A stretch of 64,000 bases of DNA from assembly GCA_031289755.1 (NCBI GenBank), contig JAITOU010000045.1, forward strand, positions 6,411 through 70,410, read 5' to 3'. The notes under the pieces were generated by a model that had not been told where the DNA came from, did not search any database, and saw only the letters and a program-made list of their open reading frames with translations. The translations under genes were made by a program, and so were the position numbers. This document shows, piece after piece, positions 36,550-45,184 of the stretch. This DNA comes from Clostridiales bacterium (lineage in GTDB: Bacteria; Bacillota; Clostridia; Christensenellales; JAISNN01). Numbering within the stretch: the stretch's first letter is position 1; every line of letters starts with the position of its first letter.

Positions 36550-37080
36550 CTATTTTGCTACCTTTACCATTGCGCATCTCAATACCTTGTCGCCGAACAT
36601 ATATCCCTTTTGCATGATGTCCGTGACCGTTCCCTGCTCTGCTCCCGGCGCGTCTACGCTCTCAACCGCATCGTGGTAGACGGGATTGAAGGGCTGTCCG
36701 AGTACTTCCATTTCTTTGACGTTAAATCTCGAAAAAACGTCTATTAGCTGCTTATAAATCATCGTCACACCGACCTTAGATTTTTCGTCGAGATATTTTA
36801 AGGCAAGCTCATAATTGTCCGCGAGCGGGATAAATTCTTCGATGATGTCGGCTGTGACTGTTTCTCTCAAAGCCGCATTCAACGCATTATTGCGCTTTTT
36901 GTAATTGTCAAAATCCGCCGCAAGCCTTAAATAACCGCTCTTCGCTTCATTCAGCTCCCCTTCGAGCTTCAATATTTCGTCATTCGCGCTTTCGTCAAAA
37001 ACCGGCTCTCCGACCTCACCCCTTGCCCTTTCATTGACATTCTCATTGACTACGCCGTCGTTTTCCCTTTTCTTCGACAT
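36550..37080 (-). CDS. grpE: Nucleotide exchange factor GrpE
   Basis: 176 aa. Coiled-coil N-terminus and a C-terminal GYMFGDKVLRCAMVKV. SD AGGAGG. Confidence 0.9.
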   Translation of the reverse strand: MSKKRENDGVVNENVNERARGEVGEPVFDESANDEILKLEGELNEAKSGYLRLAADFDNYKKRNNALNAALRETVTADIIEEFIPLADNYELALKYLDEKSKVGVTMIYKQLIDVFSRFNVKEMEVLGQPFNPVYHDAVESVDAPGAEQGTVTDIMQKGYMFGDKVLRCAMVKVAK

Positions 37081-37131
37081 GACTTCCTCCTGTATTTGTA
37101 ATATTAATTGACTGTATATATACCGCCGTAT

Positions 37132-37160
37132 ACGGCGGAGAGTGGGTGCAAATTGACTAT
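37132..37160. repeat. Direct repeat copy 1 flanking the tandem array
   Basis: ACGGCGGAGAGTGGGTGCAAATTGACTAT. Matches 37413-37440 with one indel and one substitution. Overlaps the perfect hairpin CCGCCGTATACGGCGG (37123-37138). Confidence 0.85.
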
Positions 37161-37172
37161 GTAATTACCCAT

Positions 37173-37407
37173 ATGAGCTTACTGCTCGCTACGCTTACCC
37201 TTTATCATGAGCTTACTGCTCACTCCGCTTTACCCTTTATGAGCTTACTGCTCACTCCGGCTTACCCCTTATCGAGTTACCGCTCACTCCGTTTTACCCC
37301 TTATCGAGTTACCGCTTACTCCGTTTTACCCCTTATCGAGTTACCGCTTACTCCGGCTTACCCATTACCCCTTTTATACGAGCTACTGCTCACTACGTTA
37401 CCCTTTT
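37173..37407. repeat. Tandem repeat array, 7 units of about 32 bp, in the hrcA-grpE spacer
   Basis: Units start at 37173, 37207, 37239, 37271, 37303, 37335 and 37376. An example unit is ATCGAGTTACCGCTCACTCCGTTTTACCCCTT. Units diverge by a few substitutions, and two carry small insertions. Confidence 0.9.
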
Positions 37408-37412
37408 GAATA

Positions 37413-37440
37413 ACGGCGGAGAGTGGTGCAGATTGACTAT
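37413..37440. repeat. Direct repeat copy 2 flanking the tandem array
   Basis: ACGGCGGAGAGTGGTGCAGATTGACTAT. Confidence 0.85.
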
Positions 37441-37535
37441 TTCTTTGGAAATTCCGCGAGCGCGCGTACTTGAATGGACGCAACCGAGCGGAATTTTCAA
37501 AAAATGGTCAAGATGTGCCGCTATACGCCGTTATT

Positions 37536-38537
37536 CTATTTTAGGATTTTGTCGAGCATCTTGCAGACATAATTCAGGACTGAGTAAACTTTGCTATAAT
37601 CCATTCTCACCGGTCCTATCACCCCCGCCCGTCCTATTTCCTTTCCGTTAAGGCTGTACCTTGCCGAAACGACGGCGCAATTATCAAAACCGCCGGCTTC
37701 TTCCTTGCCTATTTTTACGGAAAATTCTATATCGTCGCTGTCCTTTATCAGATAATTGAGATTGTCCTTTTTTTGGATTGTGCTGATAAATTTTCTTGCG
37801 CTGTCGCGGTCGTTGTCGGGATAATCGAGTATTTTGTATTCACCGTCGGTGACGATGTTTTCGTGCTTGATATTTTCTTTGATGATTTCAAGCACGTTCA
37901 AAAAAACCGAACGGAAGTTGTCGAGTTCTCCGTCTATCATGCCGTCTACATCGCCCAAATCGTTGATGTTTTTGCCGGTAAACATACCGTTCAAAAGGTC
38001 GTTTGCCGTATCGATGTAATTTTCGTCAAGTCCGTCTGGCAGGGTTATAAAGCTGTCTTTTAGCACTTGTTTGTTGGTGACGATTATGACGAGAGCGGTA
38101 TTCTCTATCAGTCCGACGAGCTTGATATTCCTGATGACGATATCGTCGTCCTTTAAGAGTATGACCGAAGTGTAATTTGTAATGTCGGATATGATTTTGG
38201 CGGCTTTTTTGATGACCTCTTCGATGTCGAAGAGCCTGTTGTCAAATTGTTCCTTTATTGTATTGATATCGTCTTTGCCGAGAGGCTTATTTTGCATAAG
38301 CTCGCTCGCGTAGAGCTTGTAGGCAATATTAGAAGGAACACGTCCGGCGGAAACGTGCGGCTGCGTAAGATACCCCATCTCTTCAAGCGCGGAAAGCTCG
38401 CTTCTGATTGTCGCGGAGCTTACGTCGGGCAAATGCTTGTCCTTGATGTCCTGACTGCTTACCGGATTTGCCGTCACGATAAAATCGTCTATAACGGCTT
38501 TTAAAATTTCCTTCTTTCTCTTAGATAATTCAGTCAT
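37536..38537 (-). CDS. hrcA: Heat-inducible transcription repressor HrcA
   Basis: First gene of the hrcA-grpE-dnaK-dnaJ operon, with a winged-helix N-terminus (ILKAVIDDFIVTANPVSSQDI). Start at ATG 38537, preceded by AAGGGGG. CIRCE lies upstream. Confidence 0.9.
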   Translation of the reverse strand: MTELSKRKKEILKAVIDDFIVTANPVSSQDIKDKHLPDVSSATIRSELSALEEMGYLTQPHVSAGRVPSNIAYKLYASELMQNKPLGKDDINTIKEQFDNRLFDIEEVIKKAAKIISDITNYTSVILLKDDDIVIRNIKLVGLIENTALVIIVTNKQVLKDSFITLPDGLDENYIDTANDLLNGMFTGKNINDLGDVDGMIDGELDNFRSVFLNVLEIIKENIKHENIVTDGEYKILDYPDNDRDSARKFISTIQKKDNLNYLIKDSDDIEFSVKIGKEEAGGFDNCAVVSARYSLNGKEIGRAGVIGPVRMDYSKVYSVLNYVCKMLDKILK

Positions 38538-38615
38538 AAAGCGCACCCCCTTCAAATCTCAAACGGCGGTTTACGCACACGCACCGATAGATTTGGCATT
38601 CGGCGCGCCCGTCTG

Positions 38616-38642
38616 TTAGCAGTCATGAAGCTTGATTGCTAA
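38616..38642. promoter_or_regulatory. CIRCE operator (HrcA binding site)
   Basis: TTAGCAGTC-N9-GATTGCTAA against the consensus TTAGCACTC-N9-GAGTGCTAA. Sits directly downstream of the -10 box. Confidence 0.85.
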
Positions 38643-38646
38643 GACT

Positions 38647-38675
38647 ATTATATTCATATCTTTCCTTTCTGTCAA
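38647..38675 (-). promoter_or_regulatory. Sigma-A promoter of the hrcA operon
   Basis: Minus sense TTGACA (38675-38670), 17-nt spacer, TATAAT (38652-38647). Both hexamers are perfect consensus. Confidence 0.8.
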
Positions 38676-38888
38676 GCGTTTTATGCCAAAAAATAAAAAT
38701 TTTTGGCAATCTTACAAAAAGACTGCCAAAATATGCGTTCTGAATACCTTTGCGGTATTTAACGGGTTTTGCATAAGAAATTTTTTTTAAATATCCGCAT
38801 AGACTAAATAATATATAGCAAAATTTTATAAAGGAGAAACGGTTTGCCTTAAAAACGCTTGACGGTGCGGTAAGCCTATCGATGTTTT

Positions 38889-40727
38889 ATGTGCGGAATT
38901 GCCGGTATGTTCGACAAGGAAAGCTCTCCGGCAGGGGGGCTTGCGACTTTTTACGAAATGCAAAATACTCTGCGTCGGCGCGGACCGGACCAAAAAGGCT
39001 TGTACATAGACGAGCCGGCGGTGCTTATACATACGCGGCTCAGCGTCGTCGATATCGAGAACGGCAAGCAGCCGATGCAGCTTGTGATGGGCGGCGAAGA
39101 GTATTGTATAGTATACAACGGCGAGCTATACAATACTCTTGAATTAAAAAAGGAGCTTGAAAGCGCGGGACATATCTTTTTTTCTCATTCCGATACGGAG
39201 GTGCTGCTGCATTCTTATGCGGAATGGAAGGACAAATGCGTTGACAAGCTGAACGGCATTTTTGCCTTTGCCGTATGGGAAAAGCACAACAAACGCCTGT
39301 TTGTAGCGCGTGACCGCATAGGCGTAAAGCCGTTCTTTTATTATGAAAAAAACGGAAAATTTATCTTTGCTTCGGAAATAAAAGCCTTGCTTGCCCACCC
39401 CCATGTCGATGCGGTAATCGACGCGGAATCGATAGCGGAAATAATGTATATCGGACCCGGACGGACGCCGGGCTGCGGCGTCTTTCGCGGCATACAAGAA
39501 TTAAAACCGGCGCACTGCGGATATTTTGACGGCGCAAACGGTCTGTCGGCACGCCGTTATTGGCGTCCGCTCGACAAGGAGCATACCGACTCTTTTGCTC
39601 AAACCGTCGAAAAGGTTCGTTTTCTCGTCGTCGATTCGATAGAACGGCAGCTGGTGTCCGACGTTCCCGTCTGCACTTTTTTGTCCGGGGGGTTGGATTC
39701 GGGAATAATTTCTTCGGTCGCAAACGCTTATTTTGCAAAACAAGGAAAAAATTTAAAGACCTTTTCTGTCGATTATAAGGACAACGAAAAATATTTCCGT
39801 TCAAATAAATTTCAGCCGGACAACGACCGCGAATACATAGATTGCATGACGGAATATCTCGGCGCGGAAAACCGCCGCGTTTTACTCGACACCGACGAGC
39901 TGACGGACGCGCTCTTTGACGCCGTTGACGCACGCGACCTGCCGGGTATGGCGGACGTTGATTCTTCTCTGCTGTTGTTTTGCAAGGAAATCAAAAAACA
40001 CGCTACCGTCGCATTGTCGGGAGAATGCGCCGATGAAATCTTCGGCGGCTATCCGTGGTACCGCGACAGAGAAATCAGAATGCGGAGCGGTTTTCCGTGG
40101 GCGCAGTCCACCGCTTACCGTTCGGGCTTTTTGCATGACGGCTTCGCTTTAAAAAACGACGCGTACGAATACGTCAATTCAAGATATACCGCGTCAATAG
40201 GCGGCGCGTCCGTTATGCCGAATGCCGACGCGGACGAAAGGCGCATGAAAGAAATGATACATATAAATCTCGAATGGTTTATGCAAACGCTTTTGGACCG
40301 CAAAGACCGCATGAGTATGTATGGCGGACTCGAAGTGCGCGTGCCTTTTTGCGACTACCGCATAGCCGAATATCTCTACACCGTGCCTTGGGAAATGAAG
40401 GATTACGGCGGACGCGAAAAGGGACTTTTGCGCGAAGCGGCAAAGGGCTTATTGCCCGAAAAGGTTCTTTGGCGCAAAAAAAGTCCTTACCCAAAGACGC
40501 ACAATCCCGCCTATCTCGCCGCCGTATCAAAAAGACTGACCCGTGTCATCAACGACAAAAATCAGCCCTTGCTCGGTATCGTCAAAAAAGACGCTCTCGA
40601 AAGCCTATTAAAGAACGCCGACACCGTTCCTTGGTACGGTCAGCTCATGACCGCTCCGCAAACGATAGCGTATTTTCTCCAAATAAATTATTGGCTTACA
40701 AAGCACAAGGAGCGGCTTGCGTTTTAA
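38889..40727 (+). CDS. asnB: Asparagine synthase (glutamine-hydrolysing)
   Basis: 612 aa. Ntn start MCGIAG and PP-loop FLSGGLDSG. Confidence 0.92.
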   Translation: MCGIAGMFDKESSPAGGLATFYEMQNTLRRRGPDQKGLYIDEPAVLIHTRLSVVDIENGKQPMQLVMGGEEYCIVYNGELYNTLELKKELESAGHIFFSHSDTEVLLHSYAEWKDKCVDKLNGIFAFAVWEKHNKRLFVARDRIGVKPFFYYEKNGKFIFASEIKALLAHPHVDAVIDAESIAEIMYIGPGRTPGCGVFRGIQELKPAHCGYFDGANGLSARRYWRPLDKEHTDSFAQTVEKVRFLVVDSIERQLVSDVPVCTFLSGGLDSGIISSVANAYFAKQGKNLKTFSVDYKDNEKYFRSNKFQPDNDREYIDCMTEYLGAENRRVLLDTDELTDALFDAVDARDLPGMADVDSSLLLFCKEIKKHATVALSGECADEIFGGYPWYRDREIRMRSGFPWAQSTAYRSGFLHDGFALKNDAYEYVNSRYTASIGGASVMPNADADERRMKEMIHINLEWFMQTLLDRKDRMSMYGGLEVRVPFCDYRIAEYLYTVPWEMKDYGGREKGLLREAAKGLLPEKVLWRKKSPYPKTHNPAYLAAVSKRLTRVINDKNQPLLGIVKKDALESLLKNADTVPWYGQLMTAPQTIAYFLQINYWLTKHKERLAF

Positions 40728-40798
40728 ACAAAAGCCGCCGCTCAAAAAAAACGCCGCTCGAATGAGATAAATTTTATCGCATTTTTTGCGGCGTCGCT

Positions 40799-43213
40799 TT
40801 AAAAATTGAGTCTTTCGGGTATCTCGATTATCAATTCGTCTACGGCTTCGGGCAGGGCGATTTTAGAAGCTTTTCGCTTTTCGGCGGTCATTTTGCCGAG
40901 AGCGTTTTTGAGAGCCTTGTCCGCGTCGGCAAAAACAAGTCCGCCGCTCAGTATATCGTCAAAATGCGATATCGGGTGTATGGCTATCTTGTCCTTTATC
41001 TCGTCCGGGATATCGTCCGTATCGGGTATGTTGTCCTTCGGAATCAAAAACACGTCTATTCCGGCACGGAAGCCGGACATGATTTTTTCCTTTATACCGC
41101 CTACCGCCGTGATGTTGCCGCGCAGAGAAAGCTCGCCCGTCATGGCAATGTTGTTTTTTACGGGCTTTTTTGTAAGAACGGAGTATATCGCCGAAGCAAA
41201 ACCGGCTCCTGCCGAAGGACCTTCTTTCGGCACGGACGTTTCGGGAAGATGTATGTGATAGTCGAGGTCTTTAAAGGAGCTTTCGCCTATTCCATGCTCG
41301 GACGCTATCGAATGAACGTAGGTCAGTGCCACCTTGATAGACTCCTTGATAATGTCTTGAAGATTGCCCGTCGTTATGATTTCGCCCTTGCCCTTGACGG
41401 TGTTGATTTCTATCGGCAAAATATCGCCGCCCGCGGAAGTCCACGCAAGCCCCGTTACCATACCTATCTCGTCTTTTTCTCTCTTTTTTTGCTTGATTAC
41501 CGTTTTATTCCCGAGAAAATCCGCAAGATTTGCCTTTGTCACGGCGGTGATACCGCCGCTTATGTTGAAGTTGTATGCGGTTTTTCTCATTATTTTGGAT
41601 ATCTGTCGTTCAAGCTCTCTCACTCCGGCTTCGGAAGTGTATTTGTTGATTATCTCATACAGCGCGTCGTCGTCTAATGTCACGTCGTCCGCAGACAATC
41701 CGTTGTTTTTTGCGGCTTTTGCGATGAGATGATTTCTGGCTATATGGAATTTTTCGCCGAACGTATAGCTCGGCATTTGGATTATTTCCATTCTGTCCAA
41801 AAGCGGTTCGGGTATACTATCCTCGTTGTTTGCCGTCGTCAAAAACATGACGTTAGACAGGTCGTAAGGTATTTCGAGATAATTGTCGCGGAAGGAATTG
41901 TTTTGCTCCGGGTCAAGGACTTCGAGAAGCGCGCTCGACGGGTCGCCGTGATTGCTCTTTGTCAGCTTGTCTATCTCGTCAAGCAAAAAAACGGGATTTG
42001 CCGTGCCGGCCTGCTTGATGCCCGTCAATATTCTGCCCGGCATAGCCGCGACGTAGGTCTTGCGGTGTCCGCGTATCTCCGCTTCGTCGGAAATGCCGCC
42101 AAGACTCATGCGGACAAATTCTCTGCCCGTAGCGTTGGCTATCGAATGGGCTATCGATGTCTTGCCGACGCCCGGAGGTCCTATAAAACACAGTATCGGA
42201 GATTTGAAGGACTTTGTGAGATTGTGAACGGCGATGTATTCGAGTATTCTCTCCTTGACCTTTTTTAATCCGTAATGCTCGTCGTCCAAAACCTGCTTTG
42301 CATAATTCAAATCGCGTATCTCGTCCGAACAATTTTTCCAAGGCAGCTCGGTCGCAAATTCGGTGTATTCCGTCACGACGGCAAACTCCGGCGACATCGC
42401 CGATATTTTTTTGAGCCGCGAAACCTCTTTTAAAAGCTTGTTCTTTACTTCTTCATCGGCATTCAAGGCGGCGATTTTCTTTTGAAAATCCTTATCGGGG
42501 GCCTCTTCGAGTTCTTCGGAAATGACCTTCATCTGCTCTCTCAGAATATGCTCCTTTTGGGATTTGTCGAGAGCGTGTTTGACCTTGATATTTATCTTTT
42601 TTTCCGTCTTTAAGACCTCTAATTCGTACACGAGAGCGTCGGTCAAGAGCATAAATCTTTTGACCGTATCGGTTTCTTCGAGTATCGGATAGGTGTCCTT
42701 TATCGTCAAATGCGGAGCTATTTTGTCTATCAGCACGTTGTTGTCGCTTTCGTACTTCAAGGCGGCTATCGCTTCGCTCTGAATGTTGCGGTCGTAGGCG
42801 GCAAAATCGTCGAGAATATCAAACAGATTTTTTCGGTATGCTTCAGCTTGCAGGGGGTCGCTGTCGATAGGCTCGACGTATTCATAAAACGCGCTCAAAT
42901 ATTTGTCGTTTTCATAATCGTACTTAGCTATTATTCTGATTCTTCTTATGCCCTCGACGAGTATTCTCATGGATTTGTTCGGCATTGACGCGACGGACAA
43001 TATCTTTGCTAAGGTAGCCGTTCCGCGCACGTCTGCGGCTTCGGGATTCATGTTCATGTCGTCCTTTTGAGTAGAAAAAATCAAAAGACCGTCGCTGTCC
43101 GAAGCGCGGCGAACCGCCTCGACGGATTTTTCTCTGCCTATATCAAATTGTCCCGAATTGTTCGGGAAAAGAATAGCTCCCCTTAAAGGTATCAAAGGTA
43201 GTATGTTTAGCAT
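40799..43213 (-). CDS. lon: ATP-dependent Lon protease
   Basis: Lon N-domain, Walker A GPPGVGKTS, protease motif PKEGPSAG. Start at ATG 43213 (MLNILPLIPLRG), preceded by GAGGTGG. Confidence 0.95.
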   Translation of the reverse strand: MLNILPLIPLRGAILFPNNSGQFDIGREKSVEAVRRASDSDGLLIFSTQKDDMNMNPEAADVRGTATLAKILSVASMPNKSMRILVEGIRRIRIIAKYDYENDKYLSAFYEYVEPIDSDPLQAEAYRKNLFDILDDFAAYDRNIQSEAIAALKYESDNNVLIDKIAPHLTIKDTYPILEETDTVKRFMLLTDALVYELEVLKTEKKINIKVKHALDKSQKEHILREQMKVISEELEEAPDKDFQKKIAALNADEEVKNKLLKEVSRLKKISAMSPEFAVVTEYTEFATELPWKNCSDEIRDLNYAKQVLDDEHYGLKKVKERILEYIAVHNLTKSFKSPILCFIGPPGVGKTSIAHSIANATGREFVRMSLGGISDEAEIRGHRKTYVAAMPGRILTGIKQAGTANPVFLLDEIDKLTKSNHGDPSSALLEVLDPEQNNSFRDNYLEIPYDLSNVMFLTTANNEDSIPEPLLDRMEIIQMPSYTFGEKFHIARNHLIAKAAKNNGLSADDVTLDDDALYEIINKYTSEAGVRELERQISKIMRKTAYNFNISGGITAVTKANLADFLGNKTVIKQKKREKDEIGMVTGLAWTSAGGDILPIEINTVKGKGEIITTGNLQDIIKESIKVALTYVHSIASEHGIGESSFKDLDYHIHLPETSVPKEGPSAGAGFASAIYSVLTKKPVKNNIAMTGELSLRGNITAVGGIKEKIMSGFRAGIDVFLIPKDNIPDTDDIPDEIKDKIAIHPISHFDDILSGGLVFADADKALKNALGKMTAEKRKASKIALPEAVDELIIEIPERLNF

Positions 43214-43406
43214 AGTATTCCACCTCACATCGTTTATTTGCTTATTTGACCCGTCCGCGCCCTTGACAAAATAAAGCGCGGCTATTAAAGTATCCCTTAA
43301 ATGCCCTAAAAAAATACAACGGACAAAACGAAAACGGACGGCATTTTATGTATCTCTTTTGACGCCGTTTTATTTTATCCGTTGTTAATTTTTTCGGCGT
43401 TTATAT

Positions 43407-43922
43407 TTATTCTGCCGCTATTGCCGCTATTGCCGCTTGTATGATTGTGGCGTACAATATCGCGACTATTACTCCGATAATCAAAGCGATGATATTCAGA
43501 ACCTTTGCCGAATAGATATATTTCTTGGCTTTTGCCGGTTCATAATCCTTTTCGACTCCGGCAATGACCGAAAACACTATCGACAACAAGCCGAGTATTC
43601 CGCCGACGTTGCAGCATAAGAGAGTTATTATCGACCATGCCAGCATTCCCGACGTATTGATATATTCTTTTTTGGGAGCGGCGGGCGCGGGCGCGGGAGC
43701 AGGCGCAGGAATAAAGGTTCTCTGCGGCTGCGGAGCGACGGGCGGCGGAGCATCGGGAGTACCGATATCCTGATAATTTTGCTCGGCATTGTATTCCGGC
43801 GTTTGCAAAGGCGCAATAAATCCGACGGCGGGAGCAAAGGCTTCCTCGTTTAATGCGCCGCATCTTGTACAAAATTTGACTTCATGCGATAACTCGATAC
43901 CGCAATTTTTGCATTGTGACAT
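43407..43922 (-). CDS. Zinc-ribbon / proline-rich linker / CD225 (dispanin)-like membrane protein
   Basis: CKNCG..FCTRCG zinc ribbon. PAPAPAPAPAAP linker. Two C-terminal TM helices with a CC motif (IITLLCCNVGGILGLLSIVFS). Confidence 0.65.
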   Translation of the reverse strand: MSQCKNCGIELSHEVKFCTRCGALNEEAFAPAVGFIAPLQTPEYNAEQNYQDIGTPDAPPPVAPQPQRTFIPAPAPAPAPAAPKKEYINTSGMLAWSIITLLCCNVGGILGLLSIVFSVIAGVEKDYEPAKAKKYIYSAKVLNIIALIIGVIVAILYATIIQAAIAAIAAE

Positions 43923-44002
43923 TTTAAAACCTCCCGAAGATATATTTTTATCAAAGCTTATATCAATGTCAATATAACCGTTCTAATATAATTCCCTTAA
44001 AA

Positions 44003-44449
44003 TCACGGAGCAAGCAGCGTAAATGGATATATAGGAATATTTCTCAGTATTCCGAATAATATAAAAGCCGCCATGACCGCAAAATAAACGCCTAACGGGA
44101 TTTTGAGCTGCGGAATAACGTATTTGCCCGTCACGATTTTTAAATATGCCGACACAAAATAGTATGCGATGAAGGGCAAGCATATCGTAAACAACGCATT
44201 GTAAGAAAAGGCGGCGGCAAAATCGCAACGCAGAATAGCCGACAAAGCCCTGCCCGAACCGCAACCGGGAGAATACAGTCCCGTCAAGTCGTTAAAGATA
44301 CAGATGAACGGATTGCCCTTGAAGTACAGGTACGACAAGCCGCCGACGACGACGACAGGCACGGCTATTCCGAAGAATATCCGAAACCACGTTTTTCGCG
44401 AAAGTGCGTCAAAAAATTTCTGCGAATCCGCACGAGCTTCCATAGCCAA
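44003..44449 (-). CDS. DUF2752-like membrane protein
   Basis: CIFNDLTGLYSPGCGSGRALSAILRCDFAAAFSYNALF matches my recollection of the DUF2752 C-x-G-x-CPGCG-x-TRA core, with Ser in place of the first Cys of CPGCG. 148 aa, 4 TM. Confidence 0.6.
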   Translation of the reverse strand: MAMEARADSQKFFDALSRKTWFRIFFGIAVPVVVVGGLSYLYFKGNPFICIFNDLTGLYSPGCGSGRALSAILRCDFAAAFSYNALFTICLPFIAYYFVSAYLKIVTGKYVIPQLKIPLGVYFAVMAAFILFGILRNIPIYPFTLLAP

Positions 44450-44453
44450 ATCC

Positions 44454-44888
44454 TTAGCGTTTATTTTCTCTTTCCGTGACGGTTTTTAATATATTCTCTT
44501 TGGCTTTTATATATTCCGCGCCCGATTTACTTTCGGCATAAGCGGCGTTAGCGGCGGCAATTTTCAAAAAAATGTCCGTGTCGGTTGTGACATAAACCTT
44601 TCCGATATCCATTACCGAAACGCGCCTTTCGATATCCGCGCGAAGCTTGACGTTCTCGCTGTGAAAATATATCGCCTCACATCTCAATGCAATGACCGCA
44701 ACGTCGCCCGATACGAAAGCTTCGGCTTTTTTTACCTTGGGATTTTGAAGAGCTGCGGCTTGCAATTCGTCCTTTAAAGCGTATTTATAAGGGTCTGCGT
44801 CGGCTGCCGCAACGCCGCAGGTAATATCGCCGCAAAAGCAAGTAAAGCACACGAGAGAAAGACAAAATATGACAAATAATCTTTTCAT
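44454..44888 (-). CDS. Secreted/lipoprotein-like protein, possibly YhcN/YlaJ sporulation lipoprotein family
   Basis: Signal peptide. Pattern AEAFVSGDVAVIAL...VYVTTDTDIFLKI resembles YhcN/YlaJ. 144 aa. Confidence 0.45.
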   Translation of the reverse strand: MKRLFVIFCLSLVCFTCFCGDITCGVAAADADPYKYALKDELQAAALQNPKVKKAEAFVSGDVAVIALRCEAIYFHSENVKLRADIERRVSVMDIGKVYVTTDTDIFLKIAAANAAYAESKSGAEYIKAKENILKTVTERENKR

Positions 44889-44928
44889 AACCGCTCCGAA
44901 GTATTACGGATAAATCCGTTTTTTGTAA

Positions 44929-45080
44929 TAGACCTGTATCATAAATTAGACGGTGGCAGATTTTCGGGTTAGACAAGACGCATTTGACGATGTGCGGCAT
45001 TGCCGTATTAGGATAATGCAACAATGTATAAGCCTAAAAGACGAAATAGATGTCGCCGTCTAAGTTAGGATACAGGTCTA
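44929..45080. repeat. Imperfect 29-bp inverted repeat pair (25/29 complementary positions) separated by 94 bp
   Basis: TAGACCTGTATCATAAATTAGACGGTGGC (44929-44957) against the reverse complement of 45052-45080, TAGACCTGTATCCTAACTTAGACGGCGAC. Confidence 0.85.
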
Positions 45081-45112
45081 ATAGTATGCGGAATATTTGT
45101 CTTTGTATTCTC

Positions 45113-45141
45113 ATTATTGATTATCATGAACGAATTGTCAA
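45113..45141 (-). promoter_or_regulatory. Promoter-like element upstream of the inverted-repeat leader
   Basis: Minus sense TTGACA (45141-45136), 17-nt spacer, AATAAT (45118-45113). Confidence 0.35.
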
Positions 45142-45184
45142 GCATTTTTATGCGATTTTTGTCTTTTTTGTGTATGATGAGCCG

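Noticed and set aside
37173-37407. Possible CRISPR array
   Set aside because: The units are directly adjacent with no unique spacers, they differ from each other by point changes, and no cas genes are nearby. This is a minisatellite-type tandem repeat, not a CRISPR.
37146-37409. 87-aa plus-strand ORF spanning the tandem repeats
   Set aside because: It is open only because the repeat lacks stops. The repeat unit (32 bp) is not a multiple of 3, the product is a repetitive Leu/Pro/Thr string, there is no SD, and it is antisense to the heat-shock operon.
38700-38888. Possible T-box or riboswitch leader upstream of asnB, which has no obvious SD
   Set aside because: I could find no T-box sequence, specifier-loop features, terminator/antiterminator pair or any riboswitch core I recognise. 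The region is AT-rich with only short inverted repeats.
43235-43251. CtsR-box-like sequence (minus sense GGTCAAATAAGCAAATA) upstream of lon
   Set aside because: Only the first heptad matches RGTCAAA, and the second has several mismatches and wrong spacing. This is not enough to call a CtsR operator.
43676-43710. GC-rich hexamer repeat GCGGGCGCGGGCGCGGGAGCAGGCGCAGGA
   Set aside because: It is the coding sequence of the PAPAPAPAPAAP linker of the zinc-ribbon/CD225 protein, not an independent element.
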